From assembly GCA_045535075.1 (NCBI GenBank), contig JAZSKX010000014.1:96001-160000 (forward strand): a stretch of DNA of 64,000 nucleotides. The letters run 5' to 3'. The notes beneath the pieces are model-generated. The model was not told where the DNA came from and made no database searches. It was given only the letters and a program-made list of their open reading frames with translations. Positions 8,216 to 18,530 of this stretch are shown in pieces. Source of the DNA: Candidatus Spyradenecus sp. GTDB taxonomy: Bacteria; Verrucomicrobiota; Verrucomicrobiia; Opitutales; UBA953. Positions within the stretch are counted from its first letter, which is position 1. Each line of letters begins with the position of its first letter. The position numbers and the translations under genes were made by a program.

Positions 8216-11200
8216 AGCGTTCCCGTGTAGCGAGGTTTGAGGATTTTGATTCCGGATCGGAGAAGCGTGTTTAAAACAACACCTTGCTTCGAATCTGGAG
8301 TGCCATTTTCCAACTTTATTTTATCTAAAGAATTCAGGTCTAACCAAATGCCCCGAATGGTATCTTTAATCGAAACAACGACCCACACACCCTTGTAATT
8401 ACCGGACAAAACTTCAATTTGTTGCCCGCGCCTCAAGATTCTCACCGGATTACCGCCGTTGCGCTCCCGCAGTTCCCGTAGCTTGGGGAAGACTTTAAAA
8501 TGCGGAATAACAACAGGTTCCGGATCAAGCGCGCAACCCCAATTTTCACAAATTTTCATAACGCCTTTGATATTTTTCAGCTTACTCTTTTTCTCTGCGG
8601 GAACGTTGTATCCGAGAAGTAATGACGGCTTTTCCGAGCCGAATTTAACAAAGCGTTTTCCTGAAGAATCAAGGCGTTCTTGCTTCGGTCCGCTTGTATG
8701 CTGCGATAGCGAAACTTTGTTGCCTTCGCCCTCTGTACCCTTGATGCTCCACGTCGTTTGTTCGACGGACATCCCGTGCATTTTTGCGGGAACGTGCTGA
8801 ACAACCCGGCATTCTTTGAGCCGCGCAGAAATCGCGTTTATCAAAGATTCCGGAAGTTCCTTCATCCTGATTTTTCCGCTCTCCGAAAAATCCAGAAGAT
8901 GTTCATACTTTGCATGAAGGATAAGGCGTTCCCGTTCCGTGAGATGGCGTTTCACGAGAAGTTTCCAATCCTCGGTGCGGAAAAAGATTCCGGTCAAGCC
9001 TTGAGTTACCGCGTCCATCGCATGGTGCAAGTGAGAAAGCTCCCGCATTTCCGATTTCGTCAATTTTCGGGAATCGTTGTCCCCGACACGCGCGATGCGT
9101 TGCATGCGCGGGACGGCTGCAACGAGGCACTCGTCAATGTTGAGATTTTTGCGAACGAATCCGGTAATCGCTCCCGCGAGATGGCGCGCGTGGATATTGA
9201 GATTTCTCTTTACGAGGCGAATCGCCATTTTGTTCAAATGCGAAGTCTGCGTAAGGTCGCGTTCGGTAAAATCAGCGTTGCGCTCGTCATATCTTTCAAG
9301 AAGCAAAAGCTCGGCGCGTCGGCGACACCGCGCTTGGTCTTCTTTGGAAAATCCCTTACGCAGTTTTTGCTTTTTGTGTGCGTCCACCCATTCCGTAAAG
9401 TTTTTAAGCGGTTGAATTTGGATGTTTAATCCGGGAACGTTTTTCCCGGCGAATTCCTTCATAAATTGCATTGCCGTACGTTGACCTTTCAAATCGTTTA
9501 CCGCTCGAAAAGTCATCACACACGAACTGAGCGCGTCAGACGGGCGCAACGAACGCGGAATAATGTGTTCAATATCCAAAATTCCGCCAAACAAATGCGG
9601 ATAATCAATCTTTTGCCCCGTGTAAGGACACGTAAAATTCTGGTCTTCAAGCAAGCGAGCCTTACGAATCAGCGAGCCGTTTACAACAATCCCTGCTTCA
9701 TCTGCCGCGTCCTCCAATTTTTTTGACACCAGCGAGAAATTTGCATTCTTCTCGTTGAGTTTTGCGGCAATTTCTTTCGAGTTCATTCCGGAAAATTCCC
9801 TTAAATCCCGAACGACTTCGATGATGACATCGCCGATATTTTCCGCGTTCCCGTCGGCGTATTCTTCGATAATGTCTTCCAACAAGCGGGAAAAGATCAA
9901 AAGACGGTGGCGTACCATGTGGTTGTTCGTCTGAGACGCAATCCACTTTTCGGTTGAATCTGCGGCGATGTCTTGTTCAACCCGTCCGAGCAAACGTTCC
10001 CGAATTTCTTCCGTCTCATACAAACAACCGCCGCTTTGCGTCGAATCCGTTCCCGCGAGAGCCTCCTCGAATGTTTTCCTAAGAATTTCGCGACAATAGC
10101 TTGCGCGCCCGCTCGGGAAATCGGCTTTAAATTTCAGATTTTTCAGATTCCGCCGTTTCCCGGATTTCCTTCTGTTTTCCGCATTTTGTAAAGTTTCAAG
10201 AACGGCGTGAAATTGCGCTTCCGCCTGCCAATTGCCCCACGTATTCATTTGTTCGATACATGCGGAAAGCTTTAATGTTTCTCCGCGCGCGAGCTTTGAC
10301 GCGAAAATCTTTTTCCCGCGATCGGAGAAGTATTTCCATAAATCTTTGATATATGTTTTCTTGGCGAGGAGTTTTTTCACGGGATCGAGAACGAGAGCGT
10401 CCTCCATTTCTTCTGTGAGAAAATAACTTTCCGTGTTGGCGGGTTTACAACCGGAAACTTCCTCAAGCGCGGCATTGATTGATTTTTTATCAAAGAAACC
10501 GACTTCCTGCATTTTCGCATGAAGGGCTTCGCGTTCCCGCGGAAGCAAAACGCGGACGTTCCCGTCAACGCCGAAAACCGTGAGATTATTCATCAAGCGT
10601 CCCCAGCGATACAGCAGATATTCCCGGCAGGATTTTAGCGGTACATTTTTTCCGGTGATGCGGCATTTGCCGATGATGCGGTTATCAAAACGCGGAACGT
10701 ATTGCCCGAAAAGTAATCCGCCTTTATCCGAAAACCTCGCGGGAAGATCTAGCGCGGAAACAACGTTTCCCGGAACCGCTTTCGTTAACGTGTCCATGAC
10801 GGCTTCGTCCAATTCCGGCAAAACGTTGATGTGCATCGAAAGAATTTTGCGCGTTTCCGCTTCCACGACATCGCGCGGGAACGCCGCGTTTTTCTCCTTA
10901 AAATAAACACGAGATGATTTTTTGTCGCCGAGAGGATTTAGTCCGAGGACGGCGCAAAACGTTTCCGCCATGCTTCTCGTTCCGTATTTCTCCATGAGAG
11001 AGCGTGCCGTATTCACTTTTTCAGTGTCTTCGCCGAGTTCTTCTTCCTCATCCAACGAATCGCCCGCCCAGAGCGCGTTCCCGTCGTAGCCGCGATTGTG
11101 TGCATACCAGCGAAGTACCGCCCAAAGCTCCTGCCACGAAAGTTTTTCGGAACCGGCGGACGCCAAAACGCGGGCGGCGAGAAACCACGGATAGCTGTTT

Positions 11201-11463
11201 GCGTTTTCGTTGAGTTGCGCTTTCGTAAGAACGCCCAAGGACTCCAAATAATTTTTCAAATGCGCAACGCGGGAACGCTTCGCCGCAATATTTCTGCGGG
11301 AACGCCGAAGTTCCCGACGCGCCGAAGCAAGACAGGAGTCCTTCGGGAAGAGAATCGTCCCGGCACCGAGCGACTCCGGAAATGTTTCTGAAACACGAAA
11401 AACGGACCAGCCGATAGACGCGTGACCGATGTCGAAAGAAAGAGTCAATTTTTGAGGAGGCAT
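8200..11463 (-). CDS. cas9: Type II-C CRISPR nuclease Cas9, about 1087 aa
   Basis: RuvC-I SFDIGHASIGW, Arg-rich bridge helix, RuvC-II IIEVVRD, HNH DIEHIIPRS and RuvC-III HHAMDA; no csn2 or cas4 in the locus. Start placed at ATG 11463 (MPPQKL). Confidence 0.96.
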   Translation of the reverse strand: MPPQKLTLSFDIGHASIGWSVFRVSETFPESLGAGTILFPKDSCLASARRELRRSRRNIAAKRSRVAHLKNYLESLGVLTKAQLNENANSYPWFLAARVLASAGSEKLSWQELWAVLRWYAHNRGYDGNALWAGDSLDEEEELGEDTEKVNTARSLMEKYGTRSMAETFCAVLGLNPLGDKKSSRVYFKEKNAAFPRDVVEAETRKILSMHINVLPELDEAVMDTLTKAVPGNVVSALDLPARFSDKGGLLFGQYVPRFDNRIIGKCRITGKNVPLKSCREYLLYRWGRLMNNLTVFGVDGNVRVLLPREREALHAKMQEVGFFDKKSINAALEEVSGCKPANTESYFLTEEMEDALVLDPVKKLLAKKTYIKDLWKYFSDRGKKIFASKLARGETLKLSACIEQMNTWGNWQAEAQFHAVLETLQNAENRRKSGKRRNLKNLKFKADFPSGRASYCREILRKTFEEALAGTDSTQSGGCLYETEEIRERLLGRVEQDIAADSTEKWIASQTNNHMVRHRLLIFSRLLEDIIEEYADGNAENIGDVIIEVVRDLREFSGMNSKEIAAKLNEKNANFSLVSKKLEDAADEAGIVVNGSLIRKARLLEDQNFTCPYTGQKIDYPHLFGGILDIEHIIPRSLRPSDALSSCVMTFRAVNDLKGQRTAMQFMKEFAGKNVPGLNIQIQPLKNFTEWVDAHKKQKLRKGFSKEDQARCRRRAELLLLERYDERNADFTERDLTQTSHLNKMAIRLVKRNLNIHARHLAGAITGFVRKNLNIDECLVAAVPRMQRIARVGDNDSRKLTKSEMRELSHLHHAMDAVTQGLTGIFFRTEDWKLLVKRHLTERERLILHAKYEHLLDFSESGKIRMKELPESLINAISARLKECRVVQHVPAKMHGMSVEQTTWSIKGTEGEGNKVSLSQHTSGPKQERLDSSGKRFVKFGSEKPSLLLGYNVPAEKKSKLKNIKGVMKICENWGCALDPEPVVIPHFKVFPKLRELRERNGGNPVRILRRGQQIEVLSGNYKGVWVVVSIKDTIRGIWLDLNSLDKIKLENGTPDSKQGVVLNTLLRSGIKILKPRYTGTLCPTM

Positions 11464-11514
11464 AGGGGCAAAATACAAGAAATTAAACGCATTTGTGATG
11501 ATTGAAAAAATAAC

Positions 11515-11542
11515 TTGCGCTACAAGGAGTTTAAAGCACAAT
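11515..11542 (+). promoter_or_regulatory. Putative tracrRNA promoter
   Basis: TTGCGC-16 nt-CACAAT immediately before the anti-repeat. Confidence 0.45.
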
Positions 11543-11548
11543 TAGTTT

Positions 11549-11663
11549 CGTCTTTTAGGAATCAAGACAAAGTTAATTAAGGCAGTTTGCTTCCCTTTCG
11601 TTCATGACGATACATTCAAATTCTGAAAGCCTTTTAAAAACCGCTCGTAAGGGCGGTTTTTTT
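11549..11663 (+). ncRNA. tracrRNA
   Basis: CTTTTAGGAATCAAGACAAAGT (11552-11573) is near-complementary to the repeat 5' end GCTTTGCCTTGATTCCAAAAG. It is followed by a TAAGGC nexus-like motif and a terminator CCGCTC-GTAA-GGGCGG-T7. Divergent from cas9. Confidence 0.85.
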
Positions 11664-11757
11664 GTGTGGAGAAAATTCGACATGTTTTTCGGCTGATGTC
11701 GGGGCGGTAAAAATTGTTTTCACTTGGCGGGGGGAATTTGAGAGGATAGAACACAAG

Positions 11758-12891
11758 ATGTTTTCTTCTTTTCAAAAAAAGTTGATTGCGGGGGCGGTGA
11801 GCGGGCTTGCGATTGTGGTTTTGTTGGCTCTTGTGGTCGGCTCGATCGGGATGGCGGCAAAGTTTATTGCGGCGTTCAATACGGTTATTTGGCCTTTGGT
11901 GATTGCGTCTCTTCTGGCGTTACTTTTACAGCCGATTTGTGATTTTTTGGAGTTGCGCTTGCGCTTCCCGCGTCCGCTCGCGATTTTCTCGATTTTTGTT
12001 TTATTGGCGTTGGCGGTTGCGGGAATGCTGTTTTGGTTTGTTCCCGTGATTATTCGTCAGGCGACGGAGTTTATTCAGCACATTCCGGTATTATGGGGGC
12101 AGCTTTTGGAAAATTGTCCGGCGTTGGCAGATTGGATTGAAGAACGTTTGGAGGACGGCGGGATTGTTGAGCGGATTCGCGAGAATCGGGAACTCGGAGC
12201 ACATCTTAAGGCGGTGGCTTCGGCTGCGCTTCCGAAGTTACAACAGATTTGGATGAAAGCGGAAGGACTTTTCGCTCAGGTGGTTGCGGCAGCCGTCGTG
12301 CCGATTTATTTTTATTATTTCATCAATGAACGACGTGATTTAATCGGAAAGGTCGAGACGGAGTTTGCCGCGATTATTCCGCGTAATGTTGCCGCAGATA
12401 TGGCATTTTTGATGCGGCAGTTCCGCGACATCGTTATTGCGTTTTTCCGCGGTCAATTCATTGTCGTAACGTGCTACGGGATTATTCTTGCCGTCGGCTT
12501 TTTCTTTTCCGGGCTTCCCGGCGCGATTCTTTTCGGGCTTGGGCTTGGCTATCTGAATATGATTCCGTATTTCGGTACGGTTGTCGGTCTGTGCGTGATT
12601 CTTCCGATTGCGTTTTTTTCCGGCGGGATTTGGATGCTTGCCGCCGTTATCGGTGTTTTCTGTGTTGCCCAGCTTGCTGAAGCCTACTGGCTTACGCCGA
12701 AAATTATGGAGCGCCACACGGGCTTACACCCGATGATAATCATGATTTCAATCTTCTTTTGGGCGATTGCGCTCGACGGAATTCTCGGTATGATTTTGGC
12801 GGTGCCGCTGACGGCATTTTTCGTCGTTTTCTGGCGCTTATTAAAAGAACGTTATCTAACGAAAAAAACGCCTACGCTTTTGCAGGATTAA
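11758..12891 (+). CDS. AI-2E family transporter
   Basis: Multi-TM protein with FFRGQ, MIPYFG, LTPKIM...GLHP and GILGMILAVP motifs. Confidence 0.88.
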   Translation: MFSSFQKKLIAGAVSGLAIVVLLALVVGSIGMAAKFIAAFNTVIWPLVIASLLALLLQPICDFLELRLRFPRPLAIFSIFVLLALAVAGMLFWFVPVIIRQATEFIQHIPVLWGQLLENCPALADWIEERLEDGGIVERIRENRELGAHLKAVASAALPKLQQIWMKAEGLFAQVVAAAVVPIYFYYFINERRDLIGKVETEFAAIIPRNVAADMAFLMRQFRDIVIAFFRGQFIVVTCYGIILAVGFFFSGLPGAILFGLGLGYLNMIPYFGTVVGLCVILPIAFFSGGIWMLAAVIGVFCVAQLAEAYWLTPKIMERHTGLHPMIIMISIFFWAIALDGILGMILAVPLTAFFVVFWRLLKERYLTKKTPTLLQD

Positions 12892-12900
12892 AAATCGATT

Positions 12901-14343
12901 ATGCCGGACTTAGGATTTTCTCAGTTTCAGAAGCTGTCGCAGGAGCAGACGCTTTCGCCGCAGATTATCCGTGCGTTAAATTTGTTGCAGACTCCGTCGC
13001 CGGAGCTCGGGCGCGAGATTTCCGAAGAACTTGCCAAAAACCCGCTTTTGGAGCTTTCCGATGACGGGCGTTCTCCGCTTGCAATGCAGCTTCCCGAAAA
13101 CCCTGAAACTCCGCGTGAGTCGACGACGAGAGAACTTCCCGAAGACGGAGAGGACAATGCCTTGCGGCGCGATGATTGGCGGGAACGCGATGATTTTCCG
13201 AGCTATACGCGCGTTTGGACGCGGGAGGACGATGAGCGTCGCGCGCATCTTTTCAATTCGCTTGTCGAAAAAGATTCGCTTCACGATGTTTTGGACGAAC
13301 AAATCGGTCTTGCCGACGCGGATGCGGGAACGCAGAACATTTTGCGGGCAATTGCCGAACGATTGGACGAGAAGGGCTTTCTTGAAGTTCCCGTCGAAGC
13401 GCTTGCTGAGGAAATCGGCGTTCCCGTGCGAAAAGTCGAGCAGGCGCTTGATATTTTTCAGGGCTTTGAGCCGGCGGGAATCGGAGCGCGTAATCTGCGG
13501 GAGCTTTTTAAAATTCAATTAAAACGCAACGGGCGGGAACGTTCGTTGGCGTATCGCATTGTCGATGAAGCTTATGAGATGTTTCTCGGAAGAAAGTTTC
13601 CGGCGATTGCTGACCGGTTCGGTGTCAGCGATTCGGCTTTGCGCGACGCAATCGAAGAAATTTCGCGCATCAATCGCGTTCCCGCGAAGGATTTTGTAGC
13701 CGACGACAATCGCGAGATTTTCCCGGATTTGACTTTTTTCTTTGATGAAGAAAATGCGGTTTGGTCCGTGAAGTCTAATTTCGACTACGTTCCGAAGTTG
13801 CGAATTTCCCGAGACTACAAGCAAATGCTTGCGACCGGAAAAATTCCGGAAAAAGAACGTGCGTATTTTACGGAAAAATTACGCGACGGAAAATCGTTGA
13901 TTACCGCATTGGAGGAGCGCTGTAAGACGATTGAAAAAATCGGAAAGGTGCTTTTGGAAATCCAAGAAGATTTTCTTGAAAAAGGACCGGCGGCATTGCG
14001 CCCGCTGACGATGGCGGAGGTGGCTTCCTGTATCGAAATGCACGAAACGACGGTTTCCCGTGCAGTCGCCAATAAATACGCCGAAACGCCTTGGGGTATT
14101 TGGGAATTGCGCAAGTTTTTTACCGCCTCGATTCCGACAAATTCGGGCGTGTCGATGTCCAATGCCGGTGTCCGGGAAGTACTCAAGGAAATTCTCGCCG
14201 AGGAGCCGCCGACGGCACCGCTGAGCGACGAAAAAATAGCGGAAGTGCTTGCCGAGCGCGGGATTCAGGTTGCCCGGCGCACAGTTGCCAAATATCGCGG
14301 CATGTTGAATATTCCTCCTGCGCATCTTCGCCGAAAATTTTAA
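12901..14343 (+). CDS. rpoN: RNA polymerase sigma-54 factor
   Basis: Q-rich N-terminus, EPAGIGARNL, MHETTVSRA and RpoN box ARRTVAKYR. Confidence 0.97.
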   Translation: MPDLGFSQFQKLSQEQTLSPQIIRALNLLQTPSPELGREISEELAKNPLLELSDDGRSPLAMQLPENPETPRESTTRELPEDGEDNALRRDDWRERDDFPSYTRVWTREDDERRAHLFNSLVEKDSLHDVLDEQIGLADADAGTQNILRAIAERLDEKGFLEVPVEALAEEIGVPVRKVEQALDIFQGFEPAGIGARNLRELFKIQLKRNGRERSLAYRIVDEAYEMFLGRKFPAIADRFGVSDSALRDAIEEISRINRVPAKDFVADDNREIFPDLTFFFDEENAVWSVKSNFDYVPKLRISRDYKQMLATGKIPEKERAYFTEKLRDGKSLITALEERCKTIEKIGKVLLEIQEDFLEKGPAALRPLTMAEVASCIEMHETTVSRAVANKYAETPWGIWELRKFFTASIPTNSGVSMSNAGVREVLKEILAEEPPTAPLSDEKIAEVLAERGIQVARRTVAKYRGMLNIPPAHLRRKF

Positions 14344-14537
14344 AATTTCCCGGCATCGCGCCGCGAAGCTTTTTGCGAAACGAATCCGCCTCCGTGATTC
14401 GGCTTCCGGTATCACGCAAGATTAGTTGTTTTGCAAAAGTTGTTTTGAGAAACTTAGGTCGTGTGAAAATCTTTGTCGCGTTCTTGCGGGAACGTTGATT
14501 ATAATCGGCGAAAACATTTTTATCCCGCTCCGATTCC

Positions 14538-15710
14538 GTGAAAATTCTCTCTCGCTACATGTTTGTTCAGCTCGCGACCGCCGTGGTGATGTCGCTCGGG
14601 CTTTTCATTTTCGTTTTGGTTACCGGTAATGTGTTGCGGCGCGTTGTCGGCGAATTGGTAAACGGGCGTATTTCGATTCCGATGCTTTTCGAGATTATCG
14701 GCTTGATCTGCGTCAGTGTCGTTCCGTACGCGATGCCGCTGGGAATGCTGACGGGCGTTTTGCTGATTCTCGGGCGCATGTCGTCTTCAAACGAAATTCT
14801 TGCGATGAAGGCTTCGGGAATGAATCTTTGGCGTATCGTTTCGCCGATTTTCTTTATCGCATTTATCGGAGTCTGCGTTTCCGCCTACATCAATTGTTTT
14901 TGGGCACCGAGTGCGACCAATAAATACCGGACCATTCTCAAAAGCACATTTCGCGATTCCCCGACAAAGCTCATCGTCCCGGGAACGCTTTTTACGGAAT
15001 TTCCGGGATATTCGATTTACGCTGAATCGCGGGAAGGCGATGAGTTGAGGAATTTTTGGATTTGGGAACTGGACAAGGCTTCGCGCCCGATTCGAACGAC
15101 TCATGCCGAAAAAGCTTCAATCCGATTCGTCGAAGCGCAAGGCATTGACGACGAAGATTCGTTGAGCATTGAGTTGACAAACGCCGTTACCGAAGAACGT
15201 TCCCGTAAACATCCGGACAAAATTGCGGACGAGCATTTGCGCTTTTCCAACATTGAACGCGTACCGAAAATATCTATTTCGCTCGGCAATATTTTGAGCA
15301 AAGACGTTGTCTCCAAGAAAAAACGAAAGTTGCGCTGGTTTACCTTGCCGGAGCTTTTCGAGTTACGCGAAGAAGGTTGGCGTTGTGATCCGAAAACGGC
15401 TTCGGAAGAAGAACTTTTTGCCGAACGCGTGCAGATTCAGTTCCAAATGCAGAACTACCTGACTTCTGCCGTTGCCTGCTTCTCGCTCGCGATTTTGGGA
15501 ATTCCGCTGGGCATTCGGGTTTCCCGATCGGAGACATTTGTAAACATCGGCATTGCGCTGGCGCTGGCGCTGACATTTTACATGCTGACGACGTTTATTT
15601 CATGGCTGGAAGATCATCCGAGCCTGCGTCCGGATATTCTTGTTTGGATTCCGAACATTCTCTATCAGGTGGTCGGGTTTATTCTTTTGCGAAAAGCTGC
15701 CAAAAATTAA
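14538..15710 (+). CDS. LptF/LptG family LPS export permease
   Basis: KILSRY start, GRMSSSNEILAMKASG motif and 3+3 TM layout. Confidence 0.88.
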   Translation: MKILSRYMFVQLATAVVMSLGLFIFVLVTGNVLRRVVGELVNGRISIPMLFEIIGLICVSVVPYAMPLGMLTGVLLILGRMSSSNEILAMKASGMNLWRIVSPIFFIAFIGVCVSAYINCFWAPSATNKYRTILKSTFRDSPTKLIVPGTLFTEFPGYSIYAESREGDELRNFWIWELDKASRPIRTTHAEKASIRFVEAQGIDDEDSLSIELTNAVTEERSRKHPDKIADEHLRFSNIERVPKISISLGNILSKDVVSKKKRKLRWFTLPELFELREEGWRCDPKTASEEELFAERVQIQFQMQNYLTSAVACFSLAILGIPLGIRVSRSETFVNIGIALALALTFYMLTTFISWLEDHPSLRPDILVWIPNILYQVVGFILLRKAAKN

Positions 15711-15727
15711 CTCTAGCGGGAACGAAA

Positions 15728-16483
15728 ATGGAAAACGCCGAATTAAAAAAACTTTTGAAAATCGCCGAAGATGCGGCACGCGACACGGGCGCAATTTTGC
15801 GTGCCGGCGGCAATCGTAGCGTGTCTTTAAATTCGGCGACCGATGTGAAACTTGCCGCAGACGTCGATTCCGAAAAACTTGTGCGGGAACGCCTTGGAGC
15901 AACCGGACTGCCGATTATCGGTGAAGAACTCGGCGGCGATCCCGCGCTTTATGATACGGCGGGAGCGTTTTACTGGGTCGTCGATCCGCTCGACGGAACG
16001 TTTAATTATCAGCGCGGGCAACCGCTCACCTGCGTCAGCATCGGCCTGATGTGCGGGAGCGAGCCGGTTCTTGGCGTTATTTATAATTTTAATGCCGATG
16101 AAATGTTTTCCGGATTTGTAGGCGAAGGCGTTTTCTTAAACGGAGAAAAAATCGTTCCCGCATGGGCGACGGAGATTTCGCAGGCTTGCCTGATGACCGG
16201 GTTTCCCGCGCTTGCGGACAAATCGCCCGAGGCGCTTGCTCCGTTCATCGCGGAAGTCGGCATGTTTAAAAAGATTCGCATGATCGGGACGGCGGCGCTT
16301 GCCGTTGCATACGTCGCCGCCGGACGCGCCGATGTTTACAGCGAAAAAGGCACGAATCTTTGGGACGTCGCTGCGGGAATGGCGCTTGTCAAAGCTGCCG
16401 GCGGGTTTATCAAAATCGAGACAACCGGAAAACGCGCATTGAATTTTAATTTGCGCTGTGCCGCTCGCGAAGAGTGGCTTTAA
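15728..16483 (+). CDS. Inositol monophosphatase family protein (SuhB-like)
   Basis: GEE, WVVDPLDGTFNY and WDVAAG motifs. Confidence 0.9.
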   Translation: MENAELKKLLKIAEDAARDTGAILRAGGNRSVSLNSATDVKLAADVDSEKLVRERLGATGLPIIGEELGGDPALYDTAGAFYWVVDPLDGTFNYQRGQPLTCVSIGLMCGSEPVLGVIYNFNADEMFSGFVGEGVFLNGEKIVPAWATEISQACLMTGFPALADKSPEALAPFIAEVGMFKKIRMIGTAALAVAYVAAGRADVYSEKGTNLWDVAAGMALVKAAGGFIKIETTGKRALNFNLRCAAREEWL

Positions 16484-16594
16484 ACCTGCGGGAACGCGCT
16501 TTTTTGCCGACAGATTTTACGCGCCGACTTTGCTCGCGTCTCGCTTCGCGGGAACGCAAGGCGGAGCCTTTTCCGTCGGATAAATTTCTCGTTG

Positions 16595-16623
16595 TTGCGC
16601 GGGAAAGGGTTTTTCTTTTTAAT
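16595..16623 (+). promoter_or_regulatory. Putative sigma70 promoter of lepA
   Basis: TTGCGC-17 nt-TTTAAT upstream of ATG 16644. Confidence 0.5.
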
Positions 16624-16643
16624 TAACCCTTAATTTTAAAGTT

Positions 16644-18446
16644 ATGCCGGATATTTCGCTCATTCGTAATTTTTGCATTATCGCGCACGTTGACCACGGG
16701 AAGACGACGCTTTCCGACCGTTTGCTCGAACAGACACAGACGGTTGAGTTGCGCCAGATGAAAAACCAGCTGCTCGACGCGATGGACTTGGAACGCGAGA
16801 AGGGCATCACGATTAAGAGCCATCCGGTTTCGATGAATTACACCGCGAAAGACGGGAAAACATACCTGCTTAACCTGATTGATACGCCCGGCCACGTCGA
16901 TTTTTCCTACGAAGTTTCCCGCTCGCTCGCGTCTTGCGAGGGGGCGTGTTTGCTCATCGACGCGTCGCAGGGCGTGGAAGCGCAGACGGTTGCCAATGCG
17001 ACGCTCGCCATGCAGCAGAATCTCGAAATCATTCCGGTGATTAACAAAGTCGATTTGCCGAGCGCGCAGCCCGATCACGCCAAAAAACAGGTGGAAGACG
17101 TTTTAGCGATTCCCGCCGACGATGCGGTTTTGGCATCGGGAAAATCCGGAATCGGAATTACCGAAATTCTCGAAGCTGTCGTTACGCGCGTTCCCGCGCC
17201 GCGCTGGTCGGATTATCCGTCGCCGCGGGCTTTGATTTTCGACTCTAAATTCGATACTTACAAGGGCGTGATTTCCTACGTTCGCGTGTTTTCGGGAACA
17301 TTTAAGGCGGGTGATACCATTTCGCTGATGGCGACGGGTGCAAAAAGTCAGATCAAGGAAGTCGGCATTTTTTCTCCGAAAATGAAGCAGGCGGATGCTC
17401 TTGAACCCGGCATGGTCGGCTACATCGTTACGAATATTCGCGATGTTTCGGAGGTAAAAATCGGCGATACGATGACACATGCAAACGTTCCCGCGAAAGA
17501 TCCGGTTCCGGGATTTAAAGAAGTGCGCCCGATGGTTTTCAGCGGTATTTATCCCTTGGATACAACGGATTACGAAAAACTCAAGGCCGGAATCGCCAAG
17601 CTCGCGATTAATGACGCGGCGCTGACCTACGTCGCCGAAAGTTCCGTCGCACTCGGATTCGGTTTCCGTTGCGGATTCCTCGGCTTGCTTCACATGGAAA
17701 TCATTCAGGAACGCCTGCGCCGCGAGTATGATTTAGACATTCTTTCAACGTATCCGAGTGTTATTTACAAAGTCTATTCCAACGGAGGAAAACTCACTCA
17801 CGTTGATAACCCGACGCTCATGCCGGATGCGGCGGAAATCGAACGCATGGAAGAACCGACGATTCGTGCGCACATTCATATCCCGGGAACGAGCATCGGC
17901 GATATGCTGACGCTCATTCAGGAAAAGCGCGGAATTTGCGATCACATCGATACGATTGACGAACAGCGCGTCATGCTCTCCTGTGTGCTCCCGCTCAATG
18001 AAATTCTCGTCGATTTTAACGACCGCATGAAATCCATTACGCGCGGCTACGGCTCGATGGATTACGAACTCGGCGATTACGTCGAAAGCAAACTCGTCAA
18101 ACTTGATATCCTCGTCAACGGCGAACCGGTTGATGCGTTTTCGAGTATTGTTCACGAATCGAAGGCGGAATCCAACGGACGCAAACTCTGCGAACGCCTC
18201 AAGGACTTGCTCCCGCGCCAGCTTTTCAAAGTCGCCATTCAGGCCGCCGTCGGCGGGAAAATTATTGCCCGGGAAACACTCGGGTCGGTCGGGAAAGACG
18301 TTTTGGCAAAATGTTACGGCGGTGATATTACGCGCAAACGTAAACTTCTCGATAAACAAAAAGAAGGTAAAAAACGCATGAAGCAAATCGGCAAAGTGTC
18401 GATCCCGCAAGATGCGTTTATTAAAATTCTGAAAAACGAAGGCTAA
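16644..18446 (+). CDS. lepA: Translation elongation factor 4
   Basis: IRNFCIIAHVDHGKTTL, DTPGHVDF, GFRCGFLGLLH and KCYGGDITRKRKLL motifs. Confidence 0.98.
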   Translation: MPDISLIRNFCIIAHVDHGKTTLSDRLLEQTQTVELRQMKNQLLDAMDLEREKGITIKSHPVSMNYTAKDGKTYLLNLIDTPGHVDFSYEVSRSLASCEGACLLIDASQGVEAQTVANATLAMQQNLEIIPVINKVDLPSAQPDHAKKQVEDVLAIPADDAVLASGKSGIGITEILEAVVTRVPAPRWSDYPSPRALIFDSKFDTYKGVISYVRVFSGTFKAGDTISLMATGAKSQIKEVGIFSPKMKQADALEPGMVGYIVTNIRDVSEVKIGDTMTHANVPAKDPVPGFKEVRPMVFSGIYPLDTTDYEKLKAGIAKLAINDAALTYVAESSVALGFGFRCGFLGLLHMEIIQERLRREYDLDILSTYPSVIYKVYSNGGKLTHVDNPTLMPDAAEIERMEEPTIRAHIHIPGTSIGDMLTLIQEKRGICDHIDTIDEQRVMLSCVLPLNEILVDFNDRMKSITRGYGSMDYELGDYVESKLVKLDILVNGEPVDAFSSIVHESKAESNGRKLCERLKDLLPRQLFKVAIQAAVGGKIIARETLGSVGKDVLAKCYGGDITRKRKLLDKQKEGKKRMKQIGKVSIPQDAFIKILKNEG

Positions 18447-18480
18447 CGCAATCGCGGTAACGCCCCACGGAAATTTCCTG

Positions 18481-18509
18481 TTGCACGGATTCTGCCGGCG
18501 CGATAGGAT
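18481..18509 (+). promoter_or_regulatory. Putative sigma70 promoter of guaB
   Basis: TTGCAC-17 nt-TAGGAT. Confidence 0.5.
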
Positions 18510-18530
18510 ACGACGGCAACAAGGTTACTT

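Noticed and set aside
32..11500. Motif as a Chi or KOPS site
   Set aside because: The strand split is about equal (23 versus 21) in a short region; Chi and KOPS sites are polarised.
18481..18495. TTGCAC-N5-CTGC as a sigma54 promoter
   Set aside because: It lacks the invariant GG at -24; a sigma70 reading (TTGCAC-17-TAGGAT) fits better.
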